Below, piece after piece: positions 27,043 through 40,880 of a stretch of 64,000 nucleotides of DNA (position 1 is the stretch's first letter; each line of letters opens with the position of its first letter). The notes beneath the pieces are model-generated. The model was not told where the DNA came from. It was given only the letters and a program-made list of their open reading frames with translations, and did no database searches. This stretch comes from the human T2T-CHM13v2.0 reference genome, Homo sapiens. Location: NCBI RefSeq assembly GCF_009914755.1, contig NC_060936.1; one strand, given 5' to 3'. Position numbers and translations under genes: made by a program.

Positions 27043-30000
27043 ATTAGAAATAACATAAACTGTAGTAGAAATTAGCAATGATGTTGTTTTCTCCACAGTC
27101 TTAAAACAGCATATTGAGCTAAAAGTTTATTTGTAATACATATATAGCATCATGACAAGAATTCAATATATTTAATAAGTAGTTAGAGAGCAGACATTTC
27201 TCTCAGGATCATAGCAACCCATGACTAGGATTATTCAGGTACCAACATTATTAAATAATATGAGAATTGAAAGAAAAATCAGTATAACATTTAAAATTCA
27301 TTTAAATGCTCAATTTTAATAGGTAGAAGAACTATATAAAACAAGGTAGAACTAAATTAATAACTGAGCCCTCACTTTCTTATGTGCTAGCTAGAAATGC
27401 ACTGGTTCTTTCCACAAGTTTTCACTGTTATGCTATGGAAAGTCTGCATTAATTTTTAAAATGCAGTGCACTTTTCCTTAACAGAAAAAATAAAGTTGAA
27501 TAAGCTGAGAGATGAGAAAAGAAGAACAAACGTTGGAGTAAACATTGCAGCCGAAACTAAAGTAACTGAAGTGAAAATGTTTTCGTAATGAACTTTGATG
27601 TTTAACAAGCCCAGACACTTGGAACAGCATAAGCTATATTAAAGCCTTTTATGAAAGGATTATGTTTTGTATGATGAGCGTTTTAATATAAGTATGGTAC
27701 ACAGCTTAAAATATAACTACATTCAACTCAAAGTAATTATGAGAATTCAGGCAAAATTATTTTCTCCTGTACTATCACATTGATACAGAAACAAAAATCT
27801 TCTGGAACCTTTCACCGACATGTCTCTCTCTATTTCAATTATTTTTGGCAGTATATATTGCGTCTTTGCCTCAGCTACCTTTTATATCGACAGTTGGTAG
27901 CACAAGCCTTTTAACTCACAAAGGGTAGCAGCTCTTCAGCCAATCTGTGATAAAAGGGAAAAAATGAAATCACTATGGAAACTGCAGGAAGGATCTAAAA
28001 GCTCTCTTTATAAAGTAAACGTCTGATGTTTGTGACTGCAGGGGTAAAAAATTCATAAATCTCTATGATGCTATCATTTCTGATTTGTTATCACTGCAAA
28101 TGCCAACTCAATATAGCCTGACCTTAGCTTCATTGAGTGCTGTCGGTTCAGAAACAGTGACTATTCAACAGGAGGAAAAGCCTGGTCGGCAGTCAGGTCT
28201 CGGGACTCAGGGGATGTGGTGGGACTGAGAGAAGAAACTAATTTTCTTGGAATGTTTCCTTTCTTTTCTCATTTGACTGGCTTTTTCTTTTAAGTCACAG
28301 TGACTTGATGGAATCAAACACACCAAAATGTTATGAACTGAGTTTTGTTGTTTTGTTTTATTTTGTGTCATTCACAAATGGAGCAAATATCAGACCCAAA
28401 TTCAAACAGAAAACTGTGTTTTGTCCCATGGACATGTCTATCTTTGATCTTGAATTGAAAAATGCTAACTCTCTCCCTCCAATCAGAAAGCAAATAAATA
28501 TTACGGAGAAGCCATTCCCACTTCACCACCTTGGGCTCCAGGAGGAAAAAATGAAAACAATTTTGACTACATAAGTCCGATAAATCAAATCTGACAATAG
28601 CCAGCAACAGACACCTGTGTCAGGAAGGCATTTCAGAATATCAGTCAGTTCTCAGAAGTTAAGTGACTTTTATAAAAGAGTTGTAGTATTATTCAGATGG
28701 GGCTCTTTTTATTTGATAAGAGTTCACCTATGGAAGAGAGACTGTGGGATCAAGAGGACACTGACAATTTCTCCAATGTGAAATTCTTCACATTGGAGGA
28801 TAGAGTCTAAATTTAGAGCAGATGAATATTCAAGTAAGTAGACCAGTTTCAACATTACATATGCTGCTATGCTTATTTCTCCAACGTTTACAATCAAATA
28901 CTACTTCATTCGATTTTCAGGCAATAGAAACTCTGGCTTTGTACAAAAGTTTGTGGCAACTGTACGACAGTTGTAATGCATTAAAATGTCAAAGATTGAT
29001 GTGCATAGTAATTGATTTCATATGGTCATGCTATATTTGGACAATTATAAACATTGCTAATCTGATGTTTCAAGGTACTTATGAACAATTAGCAATTCTG
29101 CACTAGCATCTCAAACACACTTTTGATGACAATAATATACTGAGATAAGTTGTATAAATCCCAAAAGGGCTGTTGTGTAAATGATATTAGAAAAAAATCA
29201 GAAAATAAAACTAGAGTATTCTAGTAGTAAGCATGCAAAAATTCAGTAAAATTAGCAAGGAGACTCTATTGCTTTTCAATAAGGTGCTTGTTTAAAATAA
29301 AAAAAAATGCCATCTGCAATACTGACTTATTTGGACTTCTACTACTATTAATGACTAACTTGGCTGTGTAGCCTTTAACATTTCCACAGTGCTTTCTCAT
29401 ATGTTATGAGTGCTTTCTCATACGTTATAAGATCAGTTATACAGAATCAAGTGGAAGTGTGTGTTTGGGTACCCTAACATAAATACAGGCATACTTTAAT
29501 TTGAAAATATTTAAATGCCTCATACATACTGACTTCACTGATTTTTTGTGTGTGTGCTTATAATGAAAGCCAATTATCTGTGGAGAAAAACTTGACTGGG
29601 TGGAAGGAAATTAAATTGTCTTTAAAAGAATTCCTTAAATAGCAATAGCTAGGGAAAGGTCCAGTAACATTTTAGGTCAGGAGTATAATGACTTTACCAT
29701 GTAAATAAATCATGCTTTATCCTGACTTTTATCAGAAGATTTGGATGGAGAAGACCCCACATGACAGAAGGAAGGGTGATGAGCACTTTCATGTGATGCT
29801 CTGTCTCAGAATAATACTCTACCAATCGCTGTGCAGATCTGCCATCAGCTGTTGGAGAAGCTGGGTAGTCCTGTGTTACTTAAAGAATGGGATGTAGAAT
29901 AATAACATATGTCTAGTAAGAAAAATTTCTAGAATGGCAATTCTTGAAGAAAATATGCATGTTCTAGAATTTCTGAGATTTTTCAAAAATGCTGTACAAA

Positions 30001-31813
30001 ATAAATGTAGGAAAATCTTCACCACTTTTTTTCTGCCCAATTCCTTGGGGGAGTTTCCCAACTTCTATGAAATGCTTATGTGTTAAATATCAACTCTCAT
30101 CAATCAGCTACATGGACATTTATTTTCACTGTGCTGTAAGCCCCAGACTACTTAAGAGTGCATTCATAGAAACATTTATGGAAAACATATTGTTTCATTT
30201 TCATATGCAGCAATACATGTCCTTTCCCTTTGTTACCATTCAAAATGTTCACATTCTGGTCTCCGTGTGCATGTTCTTAGAGTTGACTTCCAGCAGCTAC
30301 CTTTGAATAAAGAAGGCAAAATACTCCATTGTTACTTCTAAATATCTGATTGCTTACTAATTAATGAGTAAAATACTTCATTGAGCTTTTCTGAAATGAA
30401 TTTATCTAATTTAAACTGTAGGTCAGGAAGTTGATGAGGTGGACTTTGTAAAATGTGTTATTACTTTGCAGTGAGAGGATTGTTAGGGAAAACGCGTATC
30501 TTTCCTTCTGCTAATTGCCAAATGGTCATACTATAAAATGTTGTAAGCATGTAGATGGTATGAAGTAACTCCTAATATTTTCCATTAAATGTTCCATCAC
30601 TTTTTAGAACATCACTCTCAGAAATACTGTTTTCACTTAGTTATGGATTAAGTGGAAATCTAATGTTTCTTCTAACCTGGATCTTAAATACTGAAAAGCC
30701 TTAGTTTATGTTGCATAATACGTTTTCTAGTCAGTCAAAATTACATGATCATATTTTTCAATATTTCAATTTCGAATGTAATAATGGGCATAATTTCCTC
30801 TCACACCTGCAGAAATTTCATCTCTCATGTCGTTCTCCAACTCTCAAGCAAGTACATTCCTATGGAATAGAAGTTACCAGGGAATCTCTTCATGTCACTG
30901 TATACTCACCATCTAAGGAGGGTCTCAGAAGTTGTTCATAGTTTTGCGTTATTTTATTTCTATTAGCAATACTCTGTAACACTGCTACTAATTTCTAAGT
31001 TGCGATCATCAGAAATCTTGATTCCACATGAGCTTTCATGCCAAACCCGTATTCGCTCTCTAATCTCAAATCGGCCAACTGAGATAAGATGAAGACTTTT
31101 AATTAGAATTTTAATATGTAATCTAAGCCATTTGTAGATTATGCACAGAGGTGATCTTCTACGTATTTAATAACTGCATGGAGAACTTAGATTGTGGAGA
31201 GATGATTTTTAACTTTGGTAGAGTTGGGTTACTTTTAGCATTCCCAGGGAGACTCTCAGAAGTTATGTCACCATGAAGTTTATTGTGTGAATGAATAACT
31301 GAATGTAGCTGGAGCATGTCTTGGGGAATATTATAAAAATCAGAACAGTCTGTAATATAAAGAAGAGATTCTGTTTTCCTTTCACAATTTTTTTTTTCTG
31401 GGAAACCTAATTTTAAGTTGCTCACATCAAGTGATGTGGATGAAAAGGGATAGATACCCAATAGATTCTCAGAAGCATTAGCCTGCCCCTTACTACTATT
31501 AGTGAGTGGTGCCTCTAATCCTCAAATGTTTATTTCTTAAAATCCTAGCACATGAAACAGTTATGGTTTGTTTTCTTTCAAGAAACAGTTGGCATTTCAT
31601 GTTGGACTCTTGCTTGACATGAATTATTTGGCAAATTAGGGACTGAAGTGTGAATTATAAACTCAGAGCTATATAATGGACCTCAGGGGTATTCTAGGGA
31701 CAGATATTTTAGTAGGGACTTCACAAAAAATTTTATTGAGAAAGAAATGATGCTTTTGCATACTCATGAAGCATATAAAACATGTATTTTGCACAAGTAT
31801 GATACTTCTTTAT

Positions 31814-31835
31814 ACACACACACACACACACACAT
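31814..31835. repeat. (CA)n microsatellite
   Basis: Run of about 10 CA units. Confidence 0.9.
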
Positions 31836-34223
31836 ATCCACACTCTTTATGGTGTCTCTGTGTTTTATTTTCATGTGCCCACGACTCTCATTAATGGTGA
31901 TAACCCTCTGTATATACCTCTAGAAAATAATGGAGCCTGACTGTGAGAACTGTCTGTATTCAAACATGTTAAGAGCTGAATATTTAAAATTTGTTTGGCT
32001 CACCAAGCTTGGCTTTCTGAAGACAACAGAAGTGGGATAGAGAGATCAAAAAGAAAAAAAAAATCATAAAAGGTAATAACATCTAGATGGGTCCTGGGTA
32101 ATGCTCTAATTGAATGTACTTACATCTAAGTCTTATCACATGCTTAGGAGTGAGCGCTTAGATGCCTCTTTCAAACTGCAACATTAGTCAGTCACCGGGG
32201 CCTTGCGTGGAAGCTGTCACCTCCACTGTGATTCAGCTCTGTTCTATATGTGTACCTACCTATAATCTATCCTACTTTCTTTCACTGAATGGGCTTCTGC
32301 TATTTTGCTGTTAAGATAGTAATGTGAAATAAGGTTGTCCTTTGACCTTACAAAGAGACACATGTTCTTTAAAATGGGCTTGAAAATAATCAGTTCATGC
32401 CACTTAGAAGAAGCAGGCTACGAGATTCTCTTGTTTTGTTCTTGGCTTATAGGTTATGATGAGTATAGTCAGAAACCCCATATACTTTTCTCGTCATTCA
32501 GGCAGTCTTTTGACGTCCTTTCCCTTCTGAACATAATAGAAGCTCTCCCTGAGTAGAAACCACAAGGCAGCTTTTTCAGAAGTCACCAAGTTAAGCAATT
32601 TTGACTTCGGAAAGAGTTTCTAAAGCCTATATTAATTGCTCAGTCCTAGCTAAATTAGCATGACCTGAAATATTTTTAAAGTGCTGGGATTAGGACAAGA
32701 AACAGTATGAAAGGAGGTAACTGTATTTTCTAGGTTGTTTTTTGTTTGTGTGCGGAGTTTTGAAACGTCACGCAATCTCTTATTAGTTTCTTTCTAAAAA
32801 ATAAAGAATACAAATGCTAGATATTTAGAAGAAGCTGTTTGGCAGTGCGCAGATATGTTCTACACATCTCATTACCATTAACAGGCATGCATGGCTAAAC
32901 CTCCCCCTATTGCACTGAGGATTTACCCTCTGGCTTTGTTAAGTGATGCCTGAGTGTGGATTTTACAAAGGAGTTTCATAACCATTTTCTACACTATGCA
33001 GCACACCTACTATATCAGAATATGCTTCTTGGGTGAATGGTAGCGATTAATGAGAATCGATGTGTATTCAAAAAAAATTCAAAGAGCTTGTATATTAAGT
33101 CTTCTGGGGAAGGAGAGTTCCATCTCTTATTTTAACTAAATGACAAGCTACTTTTTGTTTTTCTATTCCTTGTCTTCTAGTATTGCTAAACAATCAAATG
33201 CAAGGTATTTTGTCTTCTTTCACTCCTTAAAAGAAAATCAATCAATTAATACACAAAGATAAAAGTGAGAAACCTACTGTAATCTACTAAGGTCCAGGAA
33301 TTTAAAGAATCAAATGTACCTTCTGGGTTTCGGAATCCATCGGGGAGAATGTAGAGTAAGTTATTTTTCTCTGACCTTCCCTAATTTTGTCTCACTGCCT
33401 TAGATATATTTCAGACACTGGTGCAGTACTGGGGGTGGGAGGTGTTTTGGGGTGCTTGAGAAAGCAGTGGGATCTAAAAAAGAGACACCAAAGACTCTAG
33501 CCTCTAGGGAAATAGGTCTGTTGGGGTGGCTTTTTGTGCAGGTTTTCAATGTGCCACACCCCTTTGCAAAAGGTTGGGACCCCTTGGCTTTATTCACCCG
33601 GTTTGTGTTGGAGTATATATATTTACACTCGGGATGTTTTGAGCAACCCTTATTCCTCTCTTTTTAAATCGGCTGCACTGTTCATCTTGAATATCAAGGT
33701 TTTCCTATACTTGCTAAGTCTTGCTCATGTAATCTAATGCTTCATTTCTTCCCCAAAAAATAAGACATTTGCATCAAATTCAGCATTTCAATAGCAAGAA
33801 TCCCTCTTTGTAAAAGACACAGGATTAGTTTCTGCTGTGAGTTTATCTGTATCATCTCCATTTATTTCTCAGGGGTGATGAGAAGACTTTGCATTTGACC
33901 AAAAAGCACTAGTAAATAAGGAGTTAAAATGAAGGCAGGCTCGCTGGTTTGCTGAGATCTGTCAGAGTCTGACTGGCTGGCTACATATCTGTCTCTGGAA
34001 CAATAGGTACCTGTATTCTGCACGGACTGCTGGGCAGCACTAGCACTCTGGAGAAGGTCTGCCGCTGTCTGCACTTTCCTGGTGAGAATCCCCAATGACA
34101 GTCCCACTTTTCAGTGGAGGAGAACAAAATATCTGTCTACTCTCTTGAAGAAGGACACGGCTTTGATCATATTTGTTCAGGCTTGACTTGGCCGGAGGTT
34201 TTAGGTTCTTAGTCTCAAGTCAG

Positions 34224-34226
<3 letters not shown>

Positions 34227-34270
<44 letters not shown>

Positions 34271-34322
34271 ACACACACACACAGAGACGCACACACACAC
34301 AAGCACACACATACACAAGCGC
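34227..34322. repeat. (TC)20 followed by interrupted (CA)n
   Basis: Pure TC run at 34227-34267; CA-rich run at 34270-34322. Confidence 0.97.
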
Positions 34323-34369
34323 AAATCCTCTCTTTCTCTTTCTCTCATTTCCCGTCATAGGTTCTATGC

Positions 34370-34498
34370 AGGCAGATGAGTGTCACAGCTGTAACTGAGG
34401 CACAGAGCAGTACACACAGTGGAGCCGATTTCCGCGATGGCGAGAGGGGGCACCGGAGGTGACAACAATAACAAGACTGTCCTTCGGACAAGTTTTAG
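34370..34498 (+). other. Candidate 5' exon (start uncertain) ending at donor TAG|gtaaga; strong-context ATG at 34437
   Basis: gcgATGg opens the frame MARGGTGGDNNNKTVLRTSF up to the donor at 34499. Confidence 0.45.
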
Positions 34499-34609
34499 GT
34501 AAGAAAATATTTATGCCCTGATTCTTGTATTTCTGCACTTTGTGTCTGCAACATTGGGATAGAAAGCAACTCTGGATAGGGAAATATCTTTGTGAGGGTA
34601 TCATCTGTG

Positions 34610-34696
34610 CTGTCACTTGCCTGCAAACCTGTGTTCTCCGGGCTTTGTGTTACTGGAATCGTCGGAGGTGAAGTGTGAGCGGAGCTGAGTGGAAGG
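34610..34696 (+). other. Candidate alternative 5' exon ending at AGG|gtgagc (start uncertain)
   Basis: CpG-containing segment followed by a good donor at 34697. Confidence 0.3.
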
Positions 34697-36864
34697 GTGA
34701 GCTGCTTTTTGTGTCTGTCTGGTGATATTCAGCACGCTGTTTAAATTTATATCTGGAAAAAAATTCTGTTTGATGATAGTTAGCAATGTTTTGTGCAACG
34801 TAGAAGAGCATATGGCCATGCAGAATTCAAGGGATGCTCTTTCATTCTTAATTTGTAATTATTTTTACACTCAACTGTACTGAGGTCAGAGAGTTTCAAA
34901 AATTAATGAGATTCCCTGTGGAGTTCAAATAGTAATATCTACGTGAGCTGTCACAAAAAGATAAGATTATGATGGTATGTTTTCAACATAGATTTAACTG
35001 TCTTATTTGGAACATACTCCATTTGAAATATATATGAAATGTACAATAGTTTATGGAAGCCTATATGTTTTTGGAAATTAGTTGGTTTTTTTTAATGATG
35101 AGGAGAAATTGACTCAAAATTAGACTGTAGAGGATGAACACTTTGTGTAGAGATATTACTAAAACTTAATAGACATTGTTATGGCAATAGAGAATATCTT
35201 ATACTTTCGAGGAAATAAGAAATAATGAATGAGTCGCACGCTAAAAAGAAATCTGCAAATGTGTTTTCATTTCAAGTAATACAAAAAAACTCAGCAGATA
35301 TTTATAGTGAAACATTGCTGGCATGAACAAAGAAGCAAGTGTACACATAGATGAGAATTCTTTGTCACAAAAATGAGTCCAGGACATCGATTTAGGAGGT
35401 TAAGTGATTTTTATGTTCTTAGTGCCCCACAAAAGGGAGTCTATTGGGATGAGTCCAGACATTTAAAAATGTACCAAAAACTTTCATTTCCCACAATTTA
35501 AAAGCATTGTTTATGTTCCTGATACAACACATTGTTTAAATGAGGGGGACCGAAAAGCAGTCTGAATATGCAGTAATCGGGGCTAAAGATGGTTTTTATC
35601 CCCAGGTCCCCATTTACAAGATCCATTCGGAGCTTCCTGTGATATATTGTTATGTAAATACTGTTCAGCCAGGGAAAGCAGTACTATGGAGATTCAATTT
35701 ACTTTGAAAGTTGTTCATTATAGCAGGGATGAATGTTATTTATTTGATGTGATTCAAAGGCTGGAAATGACTTTTTCATTGTGGCACCTTTTGTAATGGG
35801 TGCAGGGTGATCTAATCTTTTTAATTTTGGCTTTCACACCAGTGGAGATGAAAAGAGATCTGAACTCATTTATCGGTTGCTAGGTCCTTCTGGAGGCCCA
35901 AGTCCTGTTGGTGGTTGCTATGGCCAGTCTGACCTCAATCTCCGTGGTTTTGGGGACTTAGCAGTCTTTTTTTCTTATTGAGGAGCATGTACCTTGATTT
36001 ATGTCCAAAATCGTGGCTGAACGTCTTTGTCTGCAAGTGATAAATGGTGCCGAGCAATTCATCAGTTCTTACAAGTAAACACTGCTGTCCCACTAAAAAT
36101 ATGTTTTGTTCTGAGTTAATGGTATGGAACAAGGCAGCCTCCACAAACAGCTATCTTTTATTGTGGAGGGGCCACTGAAACTTGGAGCAAAGTGGAGGAG
36201 ATTGGCATTCATTTTCTTGTACATTAGCATTTCATTTGTGATTCGGATGATGCAGCTCTAGGTGGATTGACTATGAAAGGGTGAGCCTTCCATCTCCTTA
36301 CCTTCTCTCTAGTTGGGGTGCCTGTGAAACCGGCAGGCTCTCTCCAAATGCCTGGATTCTGCTGGGGGAGTAAGAAGTCAGGAGTAGTTTGTCTGATGGT
36401 ATTGGGATCTGCTTTGCAATTGCCAAGCGCTAAGGCACAAGCTGGCAGATGTGCTGCGGCTCTGCTACGGGCGGCTCTGTCGCCTTCAGTCGCAGGCTGG
36501 TTCTTTGGGGGAAAGTTGTATCCAATATTGGTGACTCCCGGGAATAGTCTGTTTGTGTGCTACTTAATGGTCTCTAGGCTTCCTTGTCTTGTAGAACCTT
36601 GTTAGAAAGGAGCCTTGGTGATTAAGAGGCTATGGAGTACACAGCCTTGCTTAGCAGATGAGCCCTTATCCATTTCCCGTTTCCTTAAAAACGGCTAATT
36701 GATGGATGCTGCAGAAAACATGCACTCTGCTAATAAGATGCTGATGACAAAATAGGTATCAGGAAAGGCATTTACTGCTTATGAGCACCATCAGCTTTCT
36801 TTCGAGTGAGATTGTGGCTTTGTAGTAAAGTTTTTTTTTAAGTAATATGCTAATAGTTTTATTC

Positions 36865-36936
36865 TAAATCGGCCAGCGCTGAATATCTTCAGGAAAATGG
36901 GTTCCATGAGAAGTGACATCCTCCTCGAATCAAAAG
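36865..36936 (+). other. Candidate exon ending at AAG|gtaaaa; ATG at 36897
   Basis: aaaATGg frame MGSMRSDILLESK is open to the donor at 36937; CpGs are retained nearby. Confidence 0.3.
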
Positions 36937-39900
36937 GTAAAAATTCAACATTTTTAAAAGTGCAATTTTCAAACCGTTTCCTCTACTTCTTGCCAGTAGC
37001 ATTGGAAAACTGCTCTCTAATTATAATTATTTAAAATTTGATTTTTTAAAAATATTAAAGGTTTAAAGAGAAGAGCTTAGAGAATTTGATTGTTAGTCAT
37101 TTTCTGAAGATTGGCTAGCTTTGGTGATAAAATGCAAGCAGGTGCTCCCTCTGTTTCCCTTCAGCCTTGAAAATAAGCAGCTTTTTATTTCTTTAGAGAC
37201 AATGATCATTTTGGAGATCAATAAAAGTAATATTTATTTTATGTGGATTTTATTTCTAGAACTAGTAAATTAAGAACCAGGGTTAGGTGATGTCAAAAGG
37301 TCTCTTCTGGCTTGAAAATTCTTTACGAAGTACCAATTTTCTAAAGGAGCCAATAAGCATGCCTATATTATTGTAATCGCACTTATTCAACCAATGTTTA
37401 GCTTTCTTTAGTAGAGCAGCAGCAAAAGTTCCATGCTTCGGCGTACAAGTAATCATTGTGGCTTGAAGTAATTTCCAAATAATTGATTTTTGAAGGTATT
37501 AAAAAAGCCCTGATATGTTAGTGCTTTATTAACTCTGGGGTTTTACAGAGCTCAACTTGTGGCTCCTTTACTTGGGTTTCTTACTTCAAGTCCTCTTGAA
37601 GGTAATATTTTATATAAGTGGTTAATTTCCCAAGATTTAATTTTAGGTATTTGGAGACAAGTACTCCTCGGTATGTATCTATTATGTATATGAACACATT
37701 TTAATATAAAGTGTCTTATAAATTTCACATTGTGTTTTGCTTTGCTGTTATTTCAAAGGATCTAAGTGAATGGTGGATAGTGCTCAATTTCCTGAAATGA
37801 TTAAATTCACTCTCTGAAGAATCTGGGGAAAAGGCCTGTAATGACATTTTGATGACTTTCATTTTAAGGTGTAATAGAAATTGAGTAAAATGTTTTAATA
37901 GCTGTTCTCTAATATCTCGTTCCAAATACAATGTTTTTATTGCTCATTCTAGCTTACAATTTTCTGGTGATAATAATGTTGGCTGGTAATTGTTTCTTGT
38001 ATAGAAATCATTTTATCCTTATGTAAAAGTTATTTCAGAAAAGTCTTCATGCATTTATCTCAGCTCAAGCAATTGCATTGAACTCTTGAGATAAAACAGT
38101 GAGTATTTCCAGATTGCGCCTACTTTAATTTGACACTTCCTTAGGAGAATTAGGAGTGTCTTAAAGGGAAGAATATTTGATATGATAGTTTGTAGTTTAA
38201 GGAGAAAAACCAAAGAGGCATGCAAGTCAGAGAAAGCTGAGAAAAGAAGGAAACAAGGAGTAAATACTATGAGTGATTTTACTTTGCTTGGTTTTACTTT
38301 GTTTGCCAGATGTCATATATATTTTAAAATTTAAAATTGGACTAAGAAATAAAAAGTGCATGTAAATATGCTGTTGTTATAGCTATCTTCTTTATTAAAT
38401 AGGTAAGTGCAGAGATATAAACGTGATAAGATTACCGCTAATGTTACCAGGAACATCTTTGCACCTCAATTCTTTCAGGAGATGTACACACAAGTAACGT
38501 TAATCACATAGCTTTTAAAGAATCATATCTTTTGGGAGCTAAAGTTATGACATATTAGATCAATTTTCATGTAAGTCAAAATGAAATCCTGACATCAATT
38601 TTTCTGTACAAGTTACACAAAGCCAATAGCTTCCAGACTGCATTGTTATAAATGCTAATTAGACAAATTTTTATACAATTTAACTTGATTATAGTAAATA
38701 ATTAGTCAGAATATAATATTGCTGAATTAACACACCATTAGTGTAATTTTTTAGAGAAGTAAAATTAAGCTCTGGCATCTGATTACATTATCCTCTCCTG
38801 ATATGTTTACTACATTTCTCCAAGTTTGCTTTCTTCTTGTCATTATGTTCCTTTTCAAATACCACTATTACAGACCAGCTATTATAATACTTACTTATAG
38901 TTTCTTTCTGCCTACTATAATTCTGCCTTTGTCTTTGTGCTGTGCCATTATTCTTATCTGTCACCTAGAAAGTTGTATTGAATTTGATGCTATTTATCTG
39001 ACCCATTTGCCTGAATTTGGGAGAGGCGGGGGAAAGGCTAAAACCTGGTTCATTAGAAATTGTGTATGAAGTGCTAAAAGATTTGAATTGGCTTTGGTAT
39101 GTTCATGGGATTGATATTAGGATATGGATTTTCTTAGTAGTAGCCAGTTATTTGTGTAATTCAATAAAATCTTTTTTTCAGCTATCTTGGTTTATTTTCC
39201 ACAAAACAGAGCATCATCTAGGAAATTTATTATAAAGAATGCACTGCCAGGGAGGGGCCCTCTTAGATAGCTAGTAAAAATATCACTCTGAGTTACTGTT
39301 CTACCTTGTTGGCAAGGATTCATGGTAAAGCTTTATCTACAGGTTTTGTATTTAATCATCTTTGTGATCCAACAGCAAATTTTCATTTGTTTCACTATCA
39401 GTTGGATAGCTGTTGTTTAAATGCTACCAGAATGATTTAAGAAAAAAGTTATCCTAAAAAGCTTAATTACACAATCTAGGACTCACTAATAATTTATTCA
39501 GATTTTAAAATATGAACATTGTATTTGCTTAATGGTGTTTATAATCTCTTTTTCAAGAGAAGGGCTATATAGACTCGTTACGTCCCTGAATCCTTCTAAA
39601 GTTGCTAGACTTTATGATCCTATAATACTACACTGTATATTGTACAAAACCTTTTTGCATCCTTACTAATATCTCTAAGCTGTTCATTCATGCCCTTTAT
39701 GTTAGTTGACATTATTTAAGCACAGTGTTCTTGTGATTTATAAGTCTGTGAATTTCCTGTGTTTTTCTGACAATTGAGTTCATAGTTCAAATGCAGTTAC
39801 TGAAGTATACTAGTAGGTTAGTAGTTTCCTTAGAGAGATACAAGGTAACACACAGTGGTCAGGAACATATGGTTTGTAGTTAATTATCACGATCTCAAGT

Positions 39901-40348
39901 GTTTTAATATAGTTTACCGTAGAGATCCTAAAACATGCAGAATTTCCAGAAAATATTTAAAGAAGAATTCAATTTGCTAGAAATTGGAAACATGGAAGTC
40001 AAATGAATTATTTTAAAAATCTCCTCCCATATGGATTTAGAAAGCATTCATTTATTCATTCACTCATGCATCAAATGTTGGTTCAGTGCCTACCGTGTGC
40101 CAGACACTATTCTTGTGGCTCTTGATTTGTCACCATTAGTTCAGTATTTAATATATTTTCCTGATTTTGTAGATTATGGGAATCTTACTAGTGATTTATA
40201 CATCATCATGAATCACACATCGCAATCCAAATTATTTTGGAGCATATATTTCTCTTTTCTACTCTTTAAATGGCTTAAGATATATATATTCTAGGCATAT
40301 ATACCAATTTAGTAAAAGGGGAAAGATTTATACAATCTGAAGAGAAAC

Positions 40349-40350
<2 letters not shown>

Positions 40351-40397
<47 letters not shown>

Positions 40398-40410
40398 TAT
40401 ATATATACAC
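40351..40410. repeat. (TG)n microsatellite grading into (TA)n
   Basis: About 20 GT units followed by a TA-rich tract. Confidence 0.95.
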
Positions 40411-40664
40411 ATTTACTATATATATAATTGTATACAATATATATAAATGTATACAGTATATACAATTTAGAAGAAGATATTGGTAAAACAGTCAGAATGT
40501 GCTTCAAGAAGTTATCTTATTGATATGTATTTAGAAAGTCTAAATTTATCCCATTTTCCTTATTATTCAGGCCCACTCTGCAGCAGACACTAAATTGGTT
40601 TTACTGTTTTTATGCTTCCTTCCAATGCTTCCTGTATTATTTTAAGGGATTTCTAATTCTAATT

Positions 40665-40880
40665 ATGAATGGCTAACATTTACTTTCTATATGCCAGACA
40701 GTGTGCTAAGACCTTTACCTTCATTTTCTAATTTAATTTTCTCAGTCACTTTATGAGAATGGTATCATCATTACGTTTGTTTGTAGATGAGGAAACTGAG
40801 GTTTCGAGAAGTTAACTTCTTCAGGGTCACAGAGCTAACGAGCAGCTGAGATGACTTAAAATCTAGGTCCTTCAGGTGCC
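40665..40880 (-). mobile_element. MIR
   Basis: tatgccagacagtgtgctaag...gtagatgaggaaactgaggtttcgagaagttaac...agggtcacagagctaa. Confidence 0.85.

Larger units (their letters stand above)
33400..34800 (+). promoter_or_regulatory. Candidate non-CpG-island promoter / alternative first-exon region
   Basis: Local rise in GC and CpG within a repeat-free domain; (TC)n/(CA)n block followed by a CpG-bearing segment that ends in canonical donors (34499 gtaaga, 34697 gtgagc). Inference only. Confidence 0.5.

Noticed and set aside
32123-32164. Pre-miRNA-like hairpin catctaag...cttagatg
   Set aside because: The stem is only ~8 bp with poor internal pairing.
33430-33452. G-quadruplex gggggtgggaggtgttttgggg upstream of the promoter candidate
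   Set aside because: Only three G3+ tracts plus a GG; not a canonical three-tier motif.
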